Below are positions 1 through 9,834 of a stretch of DNA of 64,000 bases, one piece after another. Source of the DNA: Pedobacter sp. (GTDB lineage Bacteria; Desulfobacterota; Desulfuromonadia; Desulfuromonadales; Syntrophotaleaceae); contig JBFWJC010000002.1 in NCBI GenBank assembly GCA_050253415.1, forward strand, positions 576,725 to 640,724, written 5' to 3'. Under the pieces are notes generated by a model. It was given only the letters and a program-made list of their open reading frames with translations, was not told the origin of the DNA and did not search any database. Position numbers and translations under genes: made by a program. How positions within the stretch are numbered: the first letter of the stretch is position 1; the number at the start of each line of letters is the position of its first letter.

Positions 1-745
1 GTCGTGCTGTTTCTTCGTCGGTAAATCGCTGACGCTGCTCCAACGGATCGGTCAGTTCCGAAAAGGCGTTGGCCAGTTCCAGCCCGGCAATGTAGAGCTC
101 AAAGCGTTCAGCTACCTGGGGACGTTGCGGATGCCGGCGTGCGAGGGCGGCAAGTTCAGCCGGGTACTCGATAAGAAAAGTCGGCCGCTGAATGCCAAGG
201 CGGGGCTCGATCTCCAGGGCGATGATTTCGTCGAAGCGGTTTTCGGCCAAGGCCTGTTCCACTGAGAGCGAGCCGAATCGGGCAAAGGCCTGGGCTACCG
301 TGAGCCGCTCCCAGGGAGGGGCGAGGTCGATGGTCTGCCCCTGGTAATGCAGCTCGCCCTGGGGGAGCAGTGCTGCGAGCAGGGCCTCGCATTGGTCCAT
401 CAGGGTGTGATAGTCGCAATGAGCGGCGTACCACTCAAGCATGGTGAATTCCGGCAAATGGCGACTGCCACGTTCCTCGGCGCGCCAGCAATGGCAGATC
501 TGAAACAGGCGCGGATAGCCGGCCGCCAACAAGCGTTTCATGCAAAGCTCGGGGCTGGTATGCAGAAACCAGGCGTCACTTTGCACCGCATCGATGTGCG
601 CCTCGGGGGCGTTACCGGGCAGCCGGTGCGGGGTTTCGACTTCCAGGAAGTCATTTGAAACGAAAAAGGACCGGATCGCTTGTACGATCCGGGCCCTTTG
701 TTCAAGTCTGGGGCGCTTTTTCGCCAGCGCCCAGTTGCCTTGCAT
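1..745 (-). CDS. epmA: EF-P lysine aminoacylase (EpmA/GenX/PoxA), 3' end runs off the window
   Basis: Manual translation from ATG at 745: MQGNWALAKKRPRLEQRARIVQAIRSFF..FLEVETP..FLHTSPELCMKRLLAAG..RAEERGSRHLPEFTMLEWY (class II LysRS-like motifs); lies directly downstream of efp. Confidence 0.92.
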   Translation of the reverse strand, partial: MQGNWALAKKRPRLEQRARIVQAIRSFFVSNDFLEVETPHRLPGNAPEAHIDAVQSDAWFLHTSPELCMKRLLAAGYPRLFQICHCWRAEERGSRHLPEFTMLEWYAAHCDYHTLMDQCEALLAALLPQGELHYQGQTIDLAPPWERLTVAQAFARFGSLSVEQALAENRFDEIIALEIEPRLGIQRPTFLIEYPAELAALARRHPQRPQVAERFELYIAGLELANAFSELTDPLEQRQRFTDEETAR

Positions 746-751
746 GGTTAT

Positions 752-1315
752 TTATTCCTTTACGCGGGTAACGTATTCACCGGTGCGGGTGTCGATCTGA
801 ATCAGAGTTCCCGCTTCGACAAAAGACGGCACCTGCAGGTTGTAGCCGGTTTCCACGGTAGCCGGTTTATTGTTGCCGGCGGCGGTGTCGCCCTTGACCC
901 AGGGGTCGGCCATGGTCACGCGCAGGTTGACGAAGTTGGGCAGGGTAATGCCGATGCCGCGGTCGCCGAACATCAGAATCTTGACTTCCATATTGTCGAC
1001 CAGGAAGTACTTCTGGTCACCCAGGGCATCCTCGCCGAGAGTGGTCTGCTCGTAGCTTTTCTGGTCCATGAACACGTACCCGGTTTCGTCCTGATAAAGG
1101 TACTGCATGTCACGTTCATCCAGAGCGGCGGGCTCGAAAGATTCACCGGAACGATAGGTGCGATCGAACAGGGAGCCGGTAATCATGTTACGCAGCTTGC
1201 ACTTGTAAAGGGCCTGGCCTTTGCCCGGCTTGGTGAAGTCGAACTGAACGATGACGTGGGGTTCGCCGTCGATCATCAGTTTGGAGCCTTTGCGCAGGTC
1301 GGAACAGTTCAGCAT
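752..1315 (-). CDS. efp: Elongation factor P
   Basis: KPGKG loop, GDTA..KPATVETG..VPSFV..IDTRTGEYVTR; RBS GAGGAG upstream. Confidence 0.98.
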   Translation of the reverse strand: MLNCSDLRKGSKLMIDGEPHVIVQFDFTKPGKGQALYKCKLRNMITGSLFDRTYRSGESFEPAALDERDMQYLYQDETGYVFMDQKSYEQTTLGEDALGDQKYFLVDNMEVKILMFGDRGIGITLPNFVNLRVTMADPWVKGDTAAGNNKPATVETGYNLQVPSFVEAGTLIQIDTRTGEYVTRVKE

Positions 1316-1586
1316 GGTGCTTATCTCCTCAAAAATTTATAAGCCGTGAGAACGGCGGATCATCCAAACACGGTATTAAAGCACAGGAAAATGGCTGTTG
1401 TCATGGAAAAAGTGGTTTCAGATGCGGATCTTCAGGCTTATCCAAAAACTGGGGCGGGGTTTCGTGACAGTGAAATTGATGCCATAAAACAATTGGTTAG
1501 CAAATTTTTAGCCCATTGGTTACGACCTTGGCTGTATAATAGTGAGGTAAATTCATATGCAAACACCGAAGTCAAAGGAGTCTGTT

Positions 1587-2165
1587 ATGAAAGCACAAAT
1601 GACTTGCATCAACGGCGTAGACGTTGAGCAATTGCGACAAAATATCACCAATATTCAAAAAGATCCCTCTCTGGCACGCTGCCAGTTCCGCGCCACCAAT
1701 CGCTGGCAAGGCGGAGGTTACTCCCAAACGGTTATTCATGATTTCCATGGTGCCGGACAGGAGATTGAGCACAGGAACGATTTCAGAATGGATGCGGATG
1801 AACCGCCGCTTTTGCTGGGAGAGGATATCGGTGCCAACCCTGTTGAATATGTGCTGACAGCCTTGTCCGCTTGTTTGACCACCTCGCTGGTCTATCATGC
1901 CGCGGCCCAGGGTATCACTGTGCACGAAGTCGAATCGGACCTCGAAGGCGACCTGGATCTGCGCGGATTTTTAGGATTGTCCGATACGGTCCGCAACGGG
2001 TATGAGCATATCCGGGTTAATTTCCGCATCAAAGCCGATGCGCCTCAGGAAAAAATCGATGAACTCATTCACCTGGCGCAGAAGCGTTCCCCGGTATTTG
2101 ATGTCGTTACCAATCCAATTCGGGTCACCGTCAAAGGGGAAAAAATGATGGAAACCGCCCACTGA
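1587..2165 (+). CDS. OsmC/Ohr-like family protein
   Basis: ADEPPLLLGEDIGANPVEYVLTALSAC, GDLDLRGFLG; AAGGAG RBS before ATG 1587. Confidence 0.85.
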   Translation: MKAQMTCINGVDVEQLRQNITNIQKDPSLARCQFRATNRWQGGGYSQTVIHDFHGAGQEIEHRNDFRMDADEPPLLLGEDIGANPVEYVLTALSACLTTSLVYHAAAQGITVHEVESDLEGDLDLRGFLGLSDTVRNGYEHIRVNFRIKADAPQEKIDELIHLAQKRSPVFDVVTNPIRVTVKGEKMMETAH

Positions 2166-2235
2166 CGGCCATTGTCTTTACCATTGAAAGTCCATGCCGG
2201 AAGTGTTTCCGGTATGCGGACAAGGGGAAGGGGAT

Positions 2236-2282
2236 AAAAAAACAGCAGGGCTTGTGGAGATAGATTCACAAGCCCTGCTGTT
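2236..2282. terminator. Intrinsic terminator between convergent osmC-like gene and mscL
   Basis: AACAGCAGGGCTTGTG / CACAAGCCCTGCTGTT 16-bp inverted repeat with an A-run on the left (U-tract for the minus strand). Confidence 0.8.
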
Positions 2283-2306
2283 GTCTTGGTGGTTGTAATC
2301 GTGGCA

Positions 2307-2711
2307 TTAACCTTTTTGCTTGAGCAGGTCCCTGATTTCTTCGAGCAGGATTTCTTCCTTGGACGGAGGGGTCGGGGGCGCCGGTTTGGCTTCCTCTTTT
2401 TTACGCAAAGCGTTAATGGCTTTGATCAGCAGGAAAATAGCGAAAGCGATGATCAGGAAATCGCACAGGGTCTGGAGAAACATCCCGTAGTTCAGGGTGA
2501 CGGCAGGCACGGTTTCCGTTGCCTGTTGCAGGGTGAAAGAGAAAGCTTTGAAGTCCATGCCACCCAGCAGCATTCCCAGGGGCGGCATGATGACATCCGC
2601 CACCAGGGATGAGATGATCTTTCCGAAAGCGGCGCCGATGATGATACCGACGGCCATGTCCACCATGTTCCCTTTTACGGCAAAGGTTTTGAACTCTTGC
2701 AATATGCTCAT
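2307..2711 (-). CDS. mscL: Large-conductance mechanosensitive channel
   Basis: [47 protein letters not shown] before ATG 2711. Confidence 0.97.
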   Translation of the reverse strand: MSILQEFKTFAVKGNMVDMAVGIIIGAAFGKIISSLVADVIMPPLGMLLGGMDFKAFSFTLQQATETVPAVTLNYGMFLQTLCDFLIIAFAIFLLIKAINALRKKEEAKPAPPTPPSKEEILLEEIRDLLKQKG

Positions 2712-3012
2712 TCTGTGTCCTCCTTTACTGGGCGCTGGATCATAACCAGCCGATAAGATGAAAAAAACCAAATATGAAATTCAAGGTTATATATATCATA
2801 GTTTCCGGCTTGAATGTATAGAGTAAGTTAATGACAAATGGGGATCTTCATCCTCTGGTTGAACTCTGATAGGTTGCGCTGCCAGTGTATATGCCGTATA
2901 GAAGGGGTGACATGCCTGGAATGCCAGGCGACAATGACCGTGCTGTGCGGAAATTCTGATTTTAACAATCCCTGCCGCAGATGATGGGGCAAGGTTTTAT
3001 AAAGGCTGGTCT

Positions 3013-4785
3013 ATGAATCTAACCCTTGTTTCCATGCATATTGAACCCTCATCGCGGGCTGTACCTTTGGCCACGGGGATGTTGGCCGCCAGTCTTTACC
3101 AGGCTTTTCCTGTTGGCCTGACAACCCACCTGGTCGATTGTTATCTTGGGCAGGGTGTCGCCGCATGCGCGGAGGAGGTGTTGCGGCAAGCGCCCGATGT
3201 GGTTGGCTTGTCCATGTATGTCTGGAATCGCGAACCCATGCTGTCGCTGGCTGCGGATCTGAAGAGGCAGCGTCCGCACCTGGTAATCTTTGCCGGCGGC
3301 CCGGAAGTGACGGCGAACCCGGCCGGTATTGTGCAGCATGCCGCCATCGATTTCGTATTGCCGGGAGAGGGTGAAAGCATCGTGGTCGAAGCCATGCAGT
3401 TACTGTTGGCGGACTGCCCGCCTGCTCATATCGGCGATCGGGTTCATGCTGCACCGGTGACGGACCTGTCGTGTTTGCCATCCCCCTATCTGACGGGGCT
3501 GCTGCCGCCGGACCAGTATCCCGGCCTTCTGTGGGAGTTGTCGCGAGGGTGCCCGTTTCGCTGTGATTTCTGTTTTGAATCGCGCGGCAGCGACAAAGTG
3601 CGACGGTTTTCCCTGGATCGTCTGCGGGCCGAGTTGGAGTTGTTCGCGTCCAGCGGCGTCCAGCAGTTATTTGTCCTCGATCCGACCTTCAATTACAACC
3701 CCACCCATGCCAAGCAGTTGTTGCGCATGATGGCTGAGGTGGCACCGGAGATTCACTATACCATCGAGGTGCGTGCAGAGTTTATCGACGAGGAAATGGC
3801 GGGGTTATTCGCCGGCATCAACTGTGCCTTGCAGATCGGTCTCCAGAGTGCCGACCCCACGGTCTTGGCCAAGGTAAACCGCACCCTTGACCCGGATGAT
3901 TTTGTCGAGCGTATTCTGTTGTTGCATGAGGCCGGGGTGGTCTATGGTTTCGACCTTATCTATGGCTTGCCGGATGACCATCTCCAAGGTTTTCTCGACA
4001 GTCTCGACTTTGCTCTAGGCTTGCGGCCCAACCATCTGGATATCTTTCCCCTTGCCGTGCTGCCCGGCACGCGTCTGGCGGAGACCGCGGGTCATTTCGA
4101 CTTGCAGCACCAGGCTCATGCTCCTTACACGCTGATATCCTCGCCAACGTTCAGTGCCGGCGATATGCAACGGGCAGGGTCTATCGCCAGAGCCTGCGAC
4201 CTGTTTTACAATCGCGGACGGGCGGTGCCCTGGTTCGACTTGATGCTGGATAACCTGGAGATCACGCCGGTGCAATTCTTTACCTTGCTGGCTGATCAGT
4301 TGCCCGAGGCGGAGCTTGTTGGGGTGGAGATCATAGCCTGGCAGCAGCAGGTTCTGGCCGGCATGTTTCAGGCCCAGGACAAATTGGTGGCCGCGTCCCT
4401 GGCCGTGGATGTTGTCGCCTGGTTTGGCTATTCATCCGCCTTGCTTTGCGGAGAACTTGGTGAGGACGGGGTGCCCCGGGAGACGGGCCGGTTGTATCTG
4501 ACTCCGCACAGTTGTTTCGTATCTTTCGGCAGGGACCCTGAGGCCTTGTTGGAAAAGCTGGAAATGGGCGTTGTCGACCTCGAGGTGGTGGCGATGCTGG
4601 TTCCCGAAGCCCCTTGCGAGGTGATGCTTTACCTGCACGAAGGGAGTGTCGCCCTGGGTGTTTTTACGTCGGATGAGCTTACCTGGCTCAAAAGTCTTGG
4701 CAAGGGAGGCGTTCGCCCGACAGCCAGCGTGCTGGCCGAGTTCTGTGATGCCGCCGTGGCCGAAGGCCTGGTGGTTAAGTCCTGA
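3013..4785 (+). CDS. B12-binding-domain radical SAM protein, substrate unknown
   Basis: N-terminal cobalamin-binding-like domain (PDVVGLSMYVWN, FAGGPEVT) and ELSRGCPFRCDFC CxxxCxxC motif. Confidence 0.85.
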   Translation: MNLTLVSMHIEPSSRAVPLATGMLAASLYQAFPVGLTTHLVDCYLGQGVAACAEEVLRQAPDVVGLSMYVWNREPMLSLAADLKRQRPHLVIFAGGPEVTANPAGIVQHAAIDFVLPGEGESIVVEAMQLLLADCPPAHIGDRVHAAPVTDLSCLPSPYLTGLLPPDQYPGLLWELSRGCPFRCDFCFESRGSDKVRRFSLDRLRAELELFASSGVQQLFVLDPTFNYNPTHAKQLLRMMAEVAPEIHYTIEVRAEFIDEEMAGLFAGINCALQIGLQSADPTVLAKVNRTLDPDDFVERILLLHEAGVVYGFDLIYGLPDDHLQGFLDSLDFALGLRPNHLDIFPLAVLPGTRLAETAGHFDLQHQAHAPYTLISSPTFSAGDMQRAGSIARACDLFYNRGRAVPWFDLMLDNLEITPVQFFTLLADQLPEAELVGVEIIAWQQQVLAGMFQAQDKLVAASLAVDVVAWFGYSSALLCGELGEDGVPRETGRLYLTPHSCFVSFGRDPEALLEKLEMGVVDLEVVAMLVPEAPCEVMLYLHEGSVALGVFTSDELTWLKSLGKGGVRPTASVLAEFCDAAVAEGLVVKS

Positions 4786-4796
4786 AACGGGGTATG

Positions 4797-5522
4797 TCAG
4801 GCCCGCTTGACCCTATCCAGGTAGTTACGGGTTTCTTCAGGCAAGCGGTCCAGACCATGGCGGTCGACGTTGCCCATGCCCCAGTTGTAAGCGGCCAGAG
4901 CGTGATCCAGGTCGCCGTCATAGCGATCGAGCAACTGGCGCAGGTAACGGGTGCCGGCCATAATATTCTGTTCCGGATCAAAGGGATCGGTGACCCCCAG
5001 TTCCGCTGCGGTTCCCGGCATGAGTTGCATCAGACCCTGGGCGCCCACGGGCGAAACCGCACGGGGGTCAAAAGCGCTCTCGGTGCGGATTACCGAACGG
5101 ATCAGGCCGGGAGCGACGCCATGATCAGAGGCGGCCTGATTTATGATCCGGTCGATTTCCGGGGATTGGTTTTGCGGAGTTGCCGGCAACAAGGATTTTG
5201 TCTTTGTCAATTCACCGCCAATTGCCGGGTAGTTGTCAAAATTCCGCCTGTCGGCCAACCCGTGCCGATTGTCACCCCCGGCCATTGGCAAAGCGTCCAG
5301 CATCGTATTCAGGTCGGTATCCTCCGACTCCTCAAACAGGCTGCGGGCCAGTTTCAATTGGCACATATGCATCTGCAGCCGAGCCTGTCGGACCGCTGAA
5401 GCTTGCGGCGATTGCTCGGCCAGAATATTTTGCAACTGATCCTCAAAACCGCTTGAAGGTTTTTTGTCAGCGGTCGGACGGAGAGGGGTCGGCGAACCGA
5501 TCGATTCAATTTTAATGCTCAT
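4797..5522 (-). CDS. Lytic transglycosylase (SLT domain) with extended N-terminus
   Basis: IRTESAFDPRAVSPVGAQGLMQLMP, ALAAYNWG, ETRNYL motifs; GGAGG RBS before ATG 5522. Confidence 0.9.
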   Translation of the reverse strand: MSIKIESIGSPTPLRPTADKKPSSGFEDQLQNILAEQSPQASAVRQARLQMHMCQLKLARSLFEESEDTDLNTMLDALPMAGGDNRHGLADRRNFDNYPAIGGELTKTKSLLPATPQNQSPEIDRIINQAASDHGVAPGLIRSVIRTESAFDPRAVSPVGAQGLMQLMPGTAAELGVTDPFDPEQNIMAGTRYLRQLLDRYDGDLDHALAAYNWGMGNVDRHGLDRLPEETRNYLDRVKRA

Positions 5523-5564
5523 GACGACCTCCGGGGGCGAATATGCATATAAGGGGAGATGTTT

Positions 5565-5581
5565 TGCAGCTTGTGTGCCGA
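5565..5581 (-). promoter_or_regulatory. Putative sigma54 (-24/-12) promoter for the SLT gene
   Basis: Minus strand TCGGCACACAAGCTGCA, GG-N10-GC spacing, about 40 nt upstream of the start. Confidence 0.55.
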
Positions 5582-5630
5582 GGTTGTGGTTCGTTCTGCA
5601 AATATTTAAATTCAAGCCTTGGAGGGTGTT

Positions 5631-5984
5631 ATGGAGCGCGAAGACCGTCGACGTGGCCCCGATGTCTGGGCGCGTTCATTACGTTATCTGGCCTTGGTCG
5701 GTTGGGCGGTGTTGGTCGCCTGTTTTTTTGTATTCGGTCGGGCTAAACCTCAAGTCGAAACCTTTATTGATCGTTATTACGAAATTCACGTAAGACAGTA
5801 TTGGGACATGGCATGGGTGCGTCCCTTGCTGTGGTTACTGGTGGCGGGGCTTGTCGTGGGACTTTCAGGCCTGGTTGTCAACAGTTGCCGACATCGGCGT
5901 CGCACCGATGCGTGGCGTATCTCTCTCGTGGTGCTGGCCGGGACTTGCCTGGTTGGGATCCTGTCGTTGCTCTACGCGTTCTGA
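5631..5984 (+). CDS. Hypothetical 3-TM membrane protein
   Basis: GGAGG RBS, three hydrophobic segments, MEREDRRRGPD start. Confidence 0.7.
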   Translation: MEREDRRRGPDVWARSLRYLALVGWAVLVACFFVFGRAKPQVETFIDRYYEIHVRQYWDMAWVRPLLWLLVAGLVVGLSGLVVNSCRHRRRTDAWRISLVVLAGTCLVGILSLLYAF

Positions 5985-6077
5985 ACTCATCGGGATCGTC
6001 TCCAGTCGCTGCCACATAGCTTCGCATTTCCCGTGTTCAGGGTGAGTATTTGTTTTTGGGGTTGTCAGGACGGTTTG

Positions 6078-7244
6078 TCAAGGCTCTAAAACCGGCGGAA
6101 TGGTGGTCTCGGAGACTGTTTCCCTTTCGGAAGGAATAAGCTCAAATACAGTAATCTCCGGAGGCGCGCCGATGCGCATGGGAGGCCCCCAGCTACCGGT
6201 GCCGCGGCTGGCATAGAGAACGCCGCCACCGGGCAGTTGGTAAAGGCCGTTTTGCATGGGGTAGGCGAGGTGCGTAAGGAGATTGAAGGGGAAGATCTGG
6301 CCGCGGTGGGCATGCCCGGACAGCTGCAGGTCAAATAAACCGATATGTTCCGGAGTGACAACCGGACGGTGCTTGAGAAGAATTTTGAAGCGTTTTGCCT
6401 CTTGTCCAATCAAGGGAAGATAAGCGTCTCGGCCATGACCCGCTGCAGGGTCGTCCACGCCGGCGAGCAGTAAAAGATCACCGATGGGCACGGCCTTGTT
6501 GCGCAGCAGTGTGAAGCCGCTGCGCTGCAGAAAATCGAGGGAAGTTTGCAATCCGGCATAAACTTCGTGGTTGCCGGTGACGGCAAATTTCCCCAAGGGC
6601 GGATCGATGCTGCGCCACATGTCGGACAGGCCATTAAGGTGGTCTATCTGCGCATCGACCATGTCGCCGGTGACGACCAGCAGATCCGGTTGCAGTCGCT
6701 GCAGGATGGTTATAACCGGGGCCAGCGCTTTTTCCCGGTGTATAAGCCCAAGGTGCAGGTCCGAAACTTGTGCCAGGCGTATCGGAGGGGTGCCGGGAGG
6801 CAGTTTGTTGGACATCAGGATAATACGTTCCACACGCATGTAGGCGGCTTCGTAAAATCCATACATGCCCATGCCCAGGGTGCAAACGACAATGATTATG
6901 GCGCAGGTCGGGCTGCGGACGGTCAGGCGCGGCAGGGTTGGTTTAAAGCTATGCAGAGTGAATGCAAACAGATCCCAACACAGTAATGGAAGCAGCATGC
7001 TGAAGGCGAGAAACGCCAAGCCCATCCAGCTGTAGCTGATCCAGGCCAGGTAACGGGCGACCTCGGGATAGCCATGGCGATCGAGTAGCCGGACCGCTAC
7101 CGGGGCGACGACCATCATCCCCATCCATACCCGGCTTGTCATGGGCAGGTATCGCTTGCCACTCAGAAGAGGCTTGATCCCCCAGTAGACCAAGGCATGC
7201 ATGGCGCCATACAGACACATGAAAGTCAGGACAAACCAGATCAT
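6078..7244 (-). CDS. Membrane-anchored metallophosphoesterase (calcineurin-like)
   Basis: SDLHLG, TGDMVD, TGNHE, SGHAHRGQ motifs; N-terminal TM helices. Confidence 0.92.
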   Translation of the reverse strand: MIWFVLTFMCLYGAMHALVYWGIKPLLSGKRYLPMTSRVWMGMMVVAPVAVRLLDRHGYPEVARYLAWISYSWMGLAFLAFSMLLPLLCWDLFAFTLHSFKPTLPRLTVRSPTCAIIIVVCTLGMGMYGFYEAAYMRVERIILMSNKLPPGTPPIRLAQVSDLHLGLIHREKALAPVITILQRLQPDLLVVTGDMVDAQIDHLNGLSDMWRSIDPPLGKFAVTGNHEVYAGLQTSLDFLQRSGFTLLRNKAVPIGDLLLLAGVDDPAAGHGRDAYLPLIGQEAKRFKILLKHRPVVTPEHIGLFDLQLSGHAHRGQIFPFNLLTHLAYPMQNGLYQLPGGGVLYASRGTGSWGPPMRIGAPPEITVFELIPSERETVSETTIPPVLEP

Positions 7245-7350
7245 GCGTACCTCCCTTTACCCCTTTGTCATGGTCATCTCAGGGCAAAGTCGTGATCGTC
7301 ATGCAGCCTCGATGCGCTGCTTGAGTCAAAACCTGAATGCCAGCCTGGAC

Positions 7351-7710
7351 TTATTTCTGGAAAAACAGGTAGCCGGCAAGACCGAGCAGAACCAGGGCGA
7401 ATACCCTTTTGAAACTCGCCGTCGATACATGCTCCAGCATGCGGGCGCCGAGTTGTGCGCCCAGTATCCCGCCACCGCCGAGTAACAAACCGACCCGATA
7501 ATCGACATTGGCCAGTTTGTTGTGGGCCAGCAATGCCGATATGGAAATGATCAGGATGGCGAGAAACGAAGTCCCCACTGCTTTTTGGGCCGGATATCCG
7601 AGAAACAGAAGCAGTGGGATCATCAAAAAGCCGCCACCAAGGCCGGTGAACGAAGCCCCGATGCCGACCAGAATGCCGAGCAGCCCCAGCCAGAAAAATT
7701 GAAAAGTCAT
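7351..7710 (-). CDS. Half-size TauE/SafE (sulfite exporter-like) membrane protein
   Basis: GLGGGFLMIPLL and AVGTS motifs; about 4 TM, 119 aa. Confidence 0.82.
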   Translation of the reverse strand: MTFQFFWLGLLGILVGIGASFTGLGGGFLMIPLLLFLGYPAQKAVGTSFLAILIISISALLAHNKLANVDYRVGLLLGGGGILGAQLGARMLEHVSTASFKRVFALVLLGLAGYLFFQK

Positions 7711-7724
7711 GGTCGATGTCCCGG

Positions 7725-8006
7725 CTATTCGACTTGTCGCGGGTGCCAGTTTTCATCGACCACGGATACCCGGCCAAGAAAACCGTAGGAAACCATGGTC
7801 ATTTTGATGGTGTCCTTGGTAACGGATGCGACCAGAAAATTGCTGAAGTCCAGATCGCCAAAACGTTCGGCATCCTGTTCTTCGGTATAATATTGCGGAT
7901 CCTGCAACATGTCGTTAATGGCATCCTTGTGGGCGCTGAAATCGGGGGTGGTGTAGGCGGCGTATCCGACGCCTGCCGCGATGATCAGCATCAGAAGTTT
8001 TTTCAT
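7725..8006 (-). CDS. Hypothetical exported or membrane-anchored protein
   Basis: GGAG RBS, N-terminal hydrophobic signal; first gene of a short minus-strand run. Confidence 0.7.
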   Translation of the reverse strand: MKKLLMLIIAAGVGYAAYTTPDFSAHKDAINDMLQDPQYYTEEQDAERFGDLDFSNFLVASVTKDTIKMTMVSYGFLGRVSVVDENWHPRQVE

Positions 8007-8037
8007 GGTTTTTCCTCCCTTTTAAAAATGACAACAA

Positions 8038-8688
8038 TCACTCGGGCTTGTCGGCAGATAGTGCCGATTCCGAGCCATTCATAAGTCTGACTCTCCCCCG
8101 AAAACGATCGCATACTTCCTTGTAAAAGGCAGGCACGTCGCTGCAGGGCAGGCAGGCGTATATTTCAACCTCGTGAGTATAGCAAATATCCTCCAGGGCA
8201 AAGCCCTGTATGTTCAAAAGTCGACGCAGGGCGTCCTCGTCGGCGTACGGTAAAACAAACCTTACTCTTTTTGAGGGGATAAATTTATCCAGAGGTAACT
8301 CTTCCAGGACCTTTTGTACGCTCCCCGCGTAAGCTCTTACAAGGCCTCCCGTGCCGAGACGGATACCGCCGAAATAACGGATTACCACGGCGGCGACTTC
8401 ACCGATACCGCTGTGGCGCAGCACATTGAGGATGGGGCGGCCCGCTGTGCCCTGGGGTTCGCCGCCATCGCTCATGCCGATATCCATGGTCGTTGCCGGG
8501 TCACCTGCCACAAATGCCGAGCAATAATGGTTGGCACCTGGCCATTGCTCCTGTGCCTTGATGATGAACTGCTGGGCTTCTTCGCGGCCCCGGACGTGAC
8601 CGATTGTGGCGATAAAGCGGCTGCGCTTGATTTCCTGTTCCATCCATATACTTCGAGCCGGTATGAAATAAGACCCTGGGGTAACCAT
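8038..8688 (-). CDS. yigZ: YigZ/IMPACT family protein
   Basis: IKRSRFIA, ANHYCSAF, SDGGEPQGTAGRPIL, RYFGGIRLGTGGLVRAY. Confidence 0.9.
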   Translation of the reverse strand: MVTPGSYFIPARSIWMEQEIKRSRFIATIGHVRGREEAQQFIIKAQEQWPGANHYCSAFVAGDPATTMDIGMSDGGEPQGTAGRPILNVLRHSGIGEVAAVVIRYFGGIRLGTGGLVRAYAGSVQKVLEELPLDKFIPSKRVRFVLPYADEDALRRLLNIQGFALEDICYTHEVEIYACLPCSDVPAFYKEVCDRFRGRVRLMNGSESALSADKPE

Positions 8689-9076
8689 AATCTTTGTCTT
8701 TGGAAACGGATGCTATGAGCGGCCGCAAGGTGTCGATGGGAAATGTGCTGCTCCCAGTTTGTTCGGATCAATACTCTCCGCCAGTCAAGACTGCAAAGGG
8801 ACAATGCCGCGACATCGTTGCGCCACGGGTCGGTCTGATCAAAACAGTGCTTATCGGATCGGGTGGGTGAGTTGGTAAATCCACGCCCAAACAAGTCCTG
8901 GCGGTCGGAGAAAAATCCGAAACCTCTATATGATAGGGGTAATTCATTGGCGTGGCCAGAACATTTTTATGTATGACGGGTCTGAATCCAGTGTGTGTGC
9001 AATTGGAATGGTATATTTCAACTGTGGGAAAGATTCATGCAGAAATTGAACGATCACACGGAAAGGACGTGAGACT

Positions 9077-9397
9077 ATGCGCGGCCTGGGTCTAAGCCTG
9101 TTGATGTTATGGGGTCTGTCGGGCACCTGCCTGGTGCATGCGGCTACGGAAGTAACCGTCGATTGGCCCAGCGGAGAGGTTCAAGTGCAGAAAGATGAGC
9201 CGGAAGAAGTGCCACAGGAGCAGATGCCGCCAAACGTTGCCTGTGAAAAAGAGAATAAACGTCTGCGGGCCATTGTCGAAACCCAGCAGGGAATCATTGC
9301 GCGGCAACAGCAAAAGCTGCAGGAGCAACAGGCCATTATTCGCCACAAGGATGGAATTATCCGGGGACTTGATTTGTTGCGGCGTCAGGGTAGGTGA
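9077..9397 (+). CDS. Hypothetical exported protein with C-terminal coiled coil
   Basis: Signal-peptide-like N-terminus, Gln-rich heptads, followed by a terminator. Confidence 0.6.
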   Translation: MRGLGLSLLMLWGLSGTCLVHAATEVTVDWPSGEVQVQKDEPEEVPQEQMPPNVACEKENKRLRAIVETQQGIIARQQQKLQEQQAIIRHKDGIIRGLDLLRRQGR

Positions 9398-9436
9398 TGT
9401 ACGGATAGTCCGTAATATCTGAGGTATTAAAAGAAC

Positions 9437-9468
9437 AGGGCCGACAGCATTGCTGTCGGCCCTTTTTT
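9437..9468 (+). terminator. Intrinsic terminator
   Basis: AGGGCCGACAGCA/TGCTGTCGGCCCT stem followed by a T-run. Confidence 0.85.
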
Positions 9469-9640
9469 GTGCTGCGGCAGCCAGCGTTGGGCGCTGGATA
9501 CCGCGCGCAAATAGGGCTGGTTGAATTAAATTGAGGGGAAAATATGTTTTTTTAAAACCGGTGTTCGATTTTCCTGAATGACGGTGTTGCCTGGTAAGTG
9601 GCTGAAAGTATAACCGTATTTTGTTTATGTCGGGTTTTGC

Positions 9641-9714
9641 TATGAGGGATAGGGGATCCCCTATCCCTCATAATAACCCCCCCTGAGTGATGGTAAAAGC
9701 CACCTTTGAGCGAT
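9641..9714. promoter_or_regulatory. Perfect 32-bp palindrome plus two degenerate 17-bp boxes upstream of the GRE operon
   Basis: TATGAGGGATAGGGGA-TCCCCTATCCCTCATA at 9641-9672; AACCCCCCCTGAGTGAT (9675-9691) and AGCCACCTTTGAGCGAT (9698-9714). Confidence 0.6.
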
Positions 9715-9834
9715 TTTATCTATGTCTACGCCTCTGTTACAAATACCCTGCGCGCAAAAAAGCGGATCTGCACGACCCGAGGTGGAGTTCCTATTTTATT
9801 CACAGCAAAACAGTTTTTCGAAGGAGAGGAAAAG

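Noticed and set aside
680..1342. 220-aa plus-strand ORF
   Set aside because: Antisense to efp
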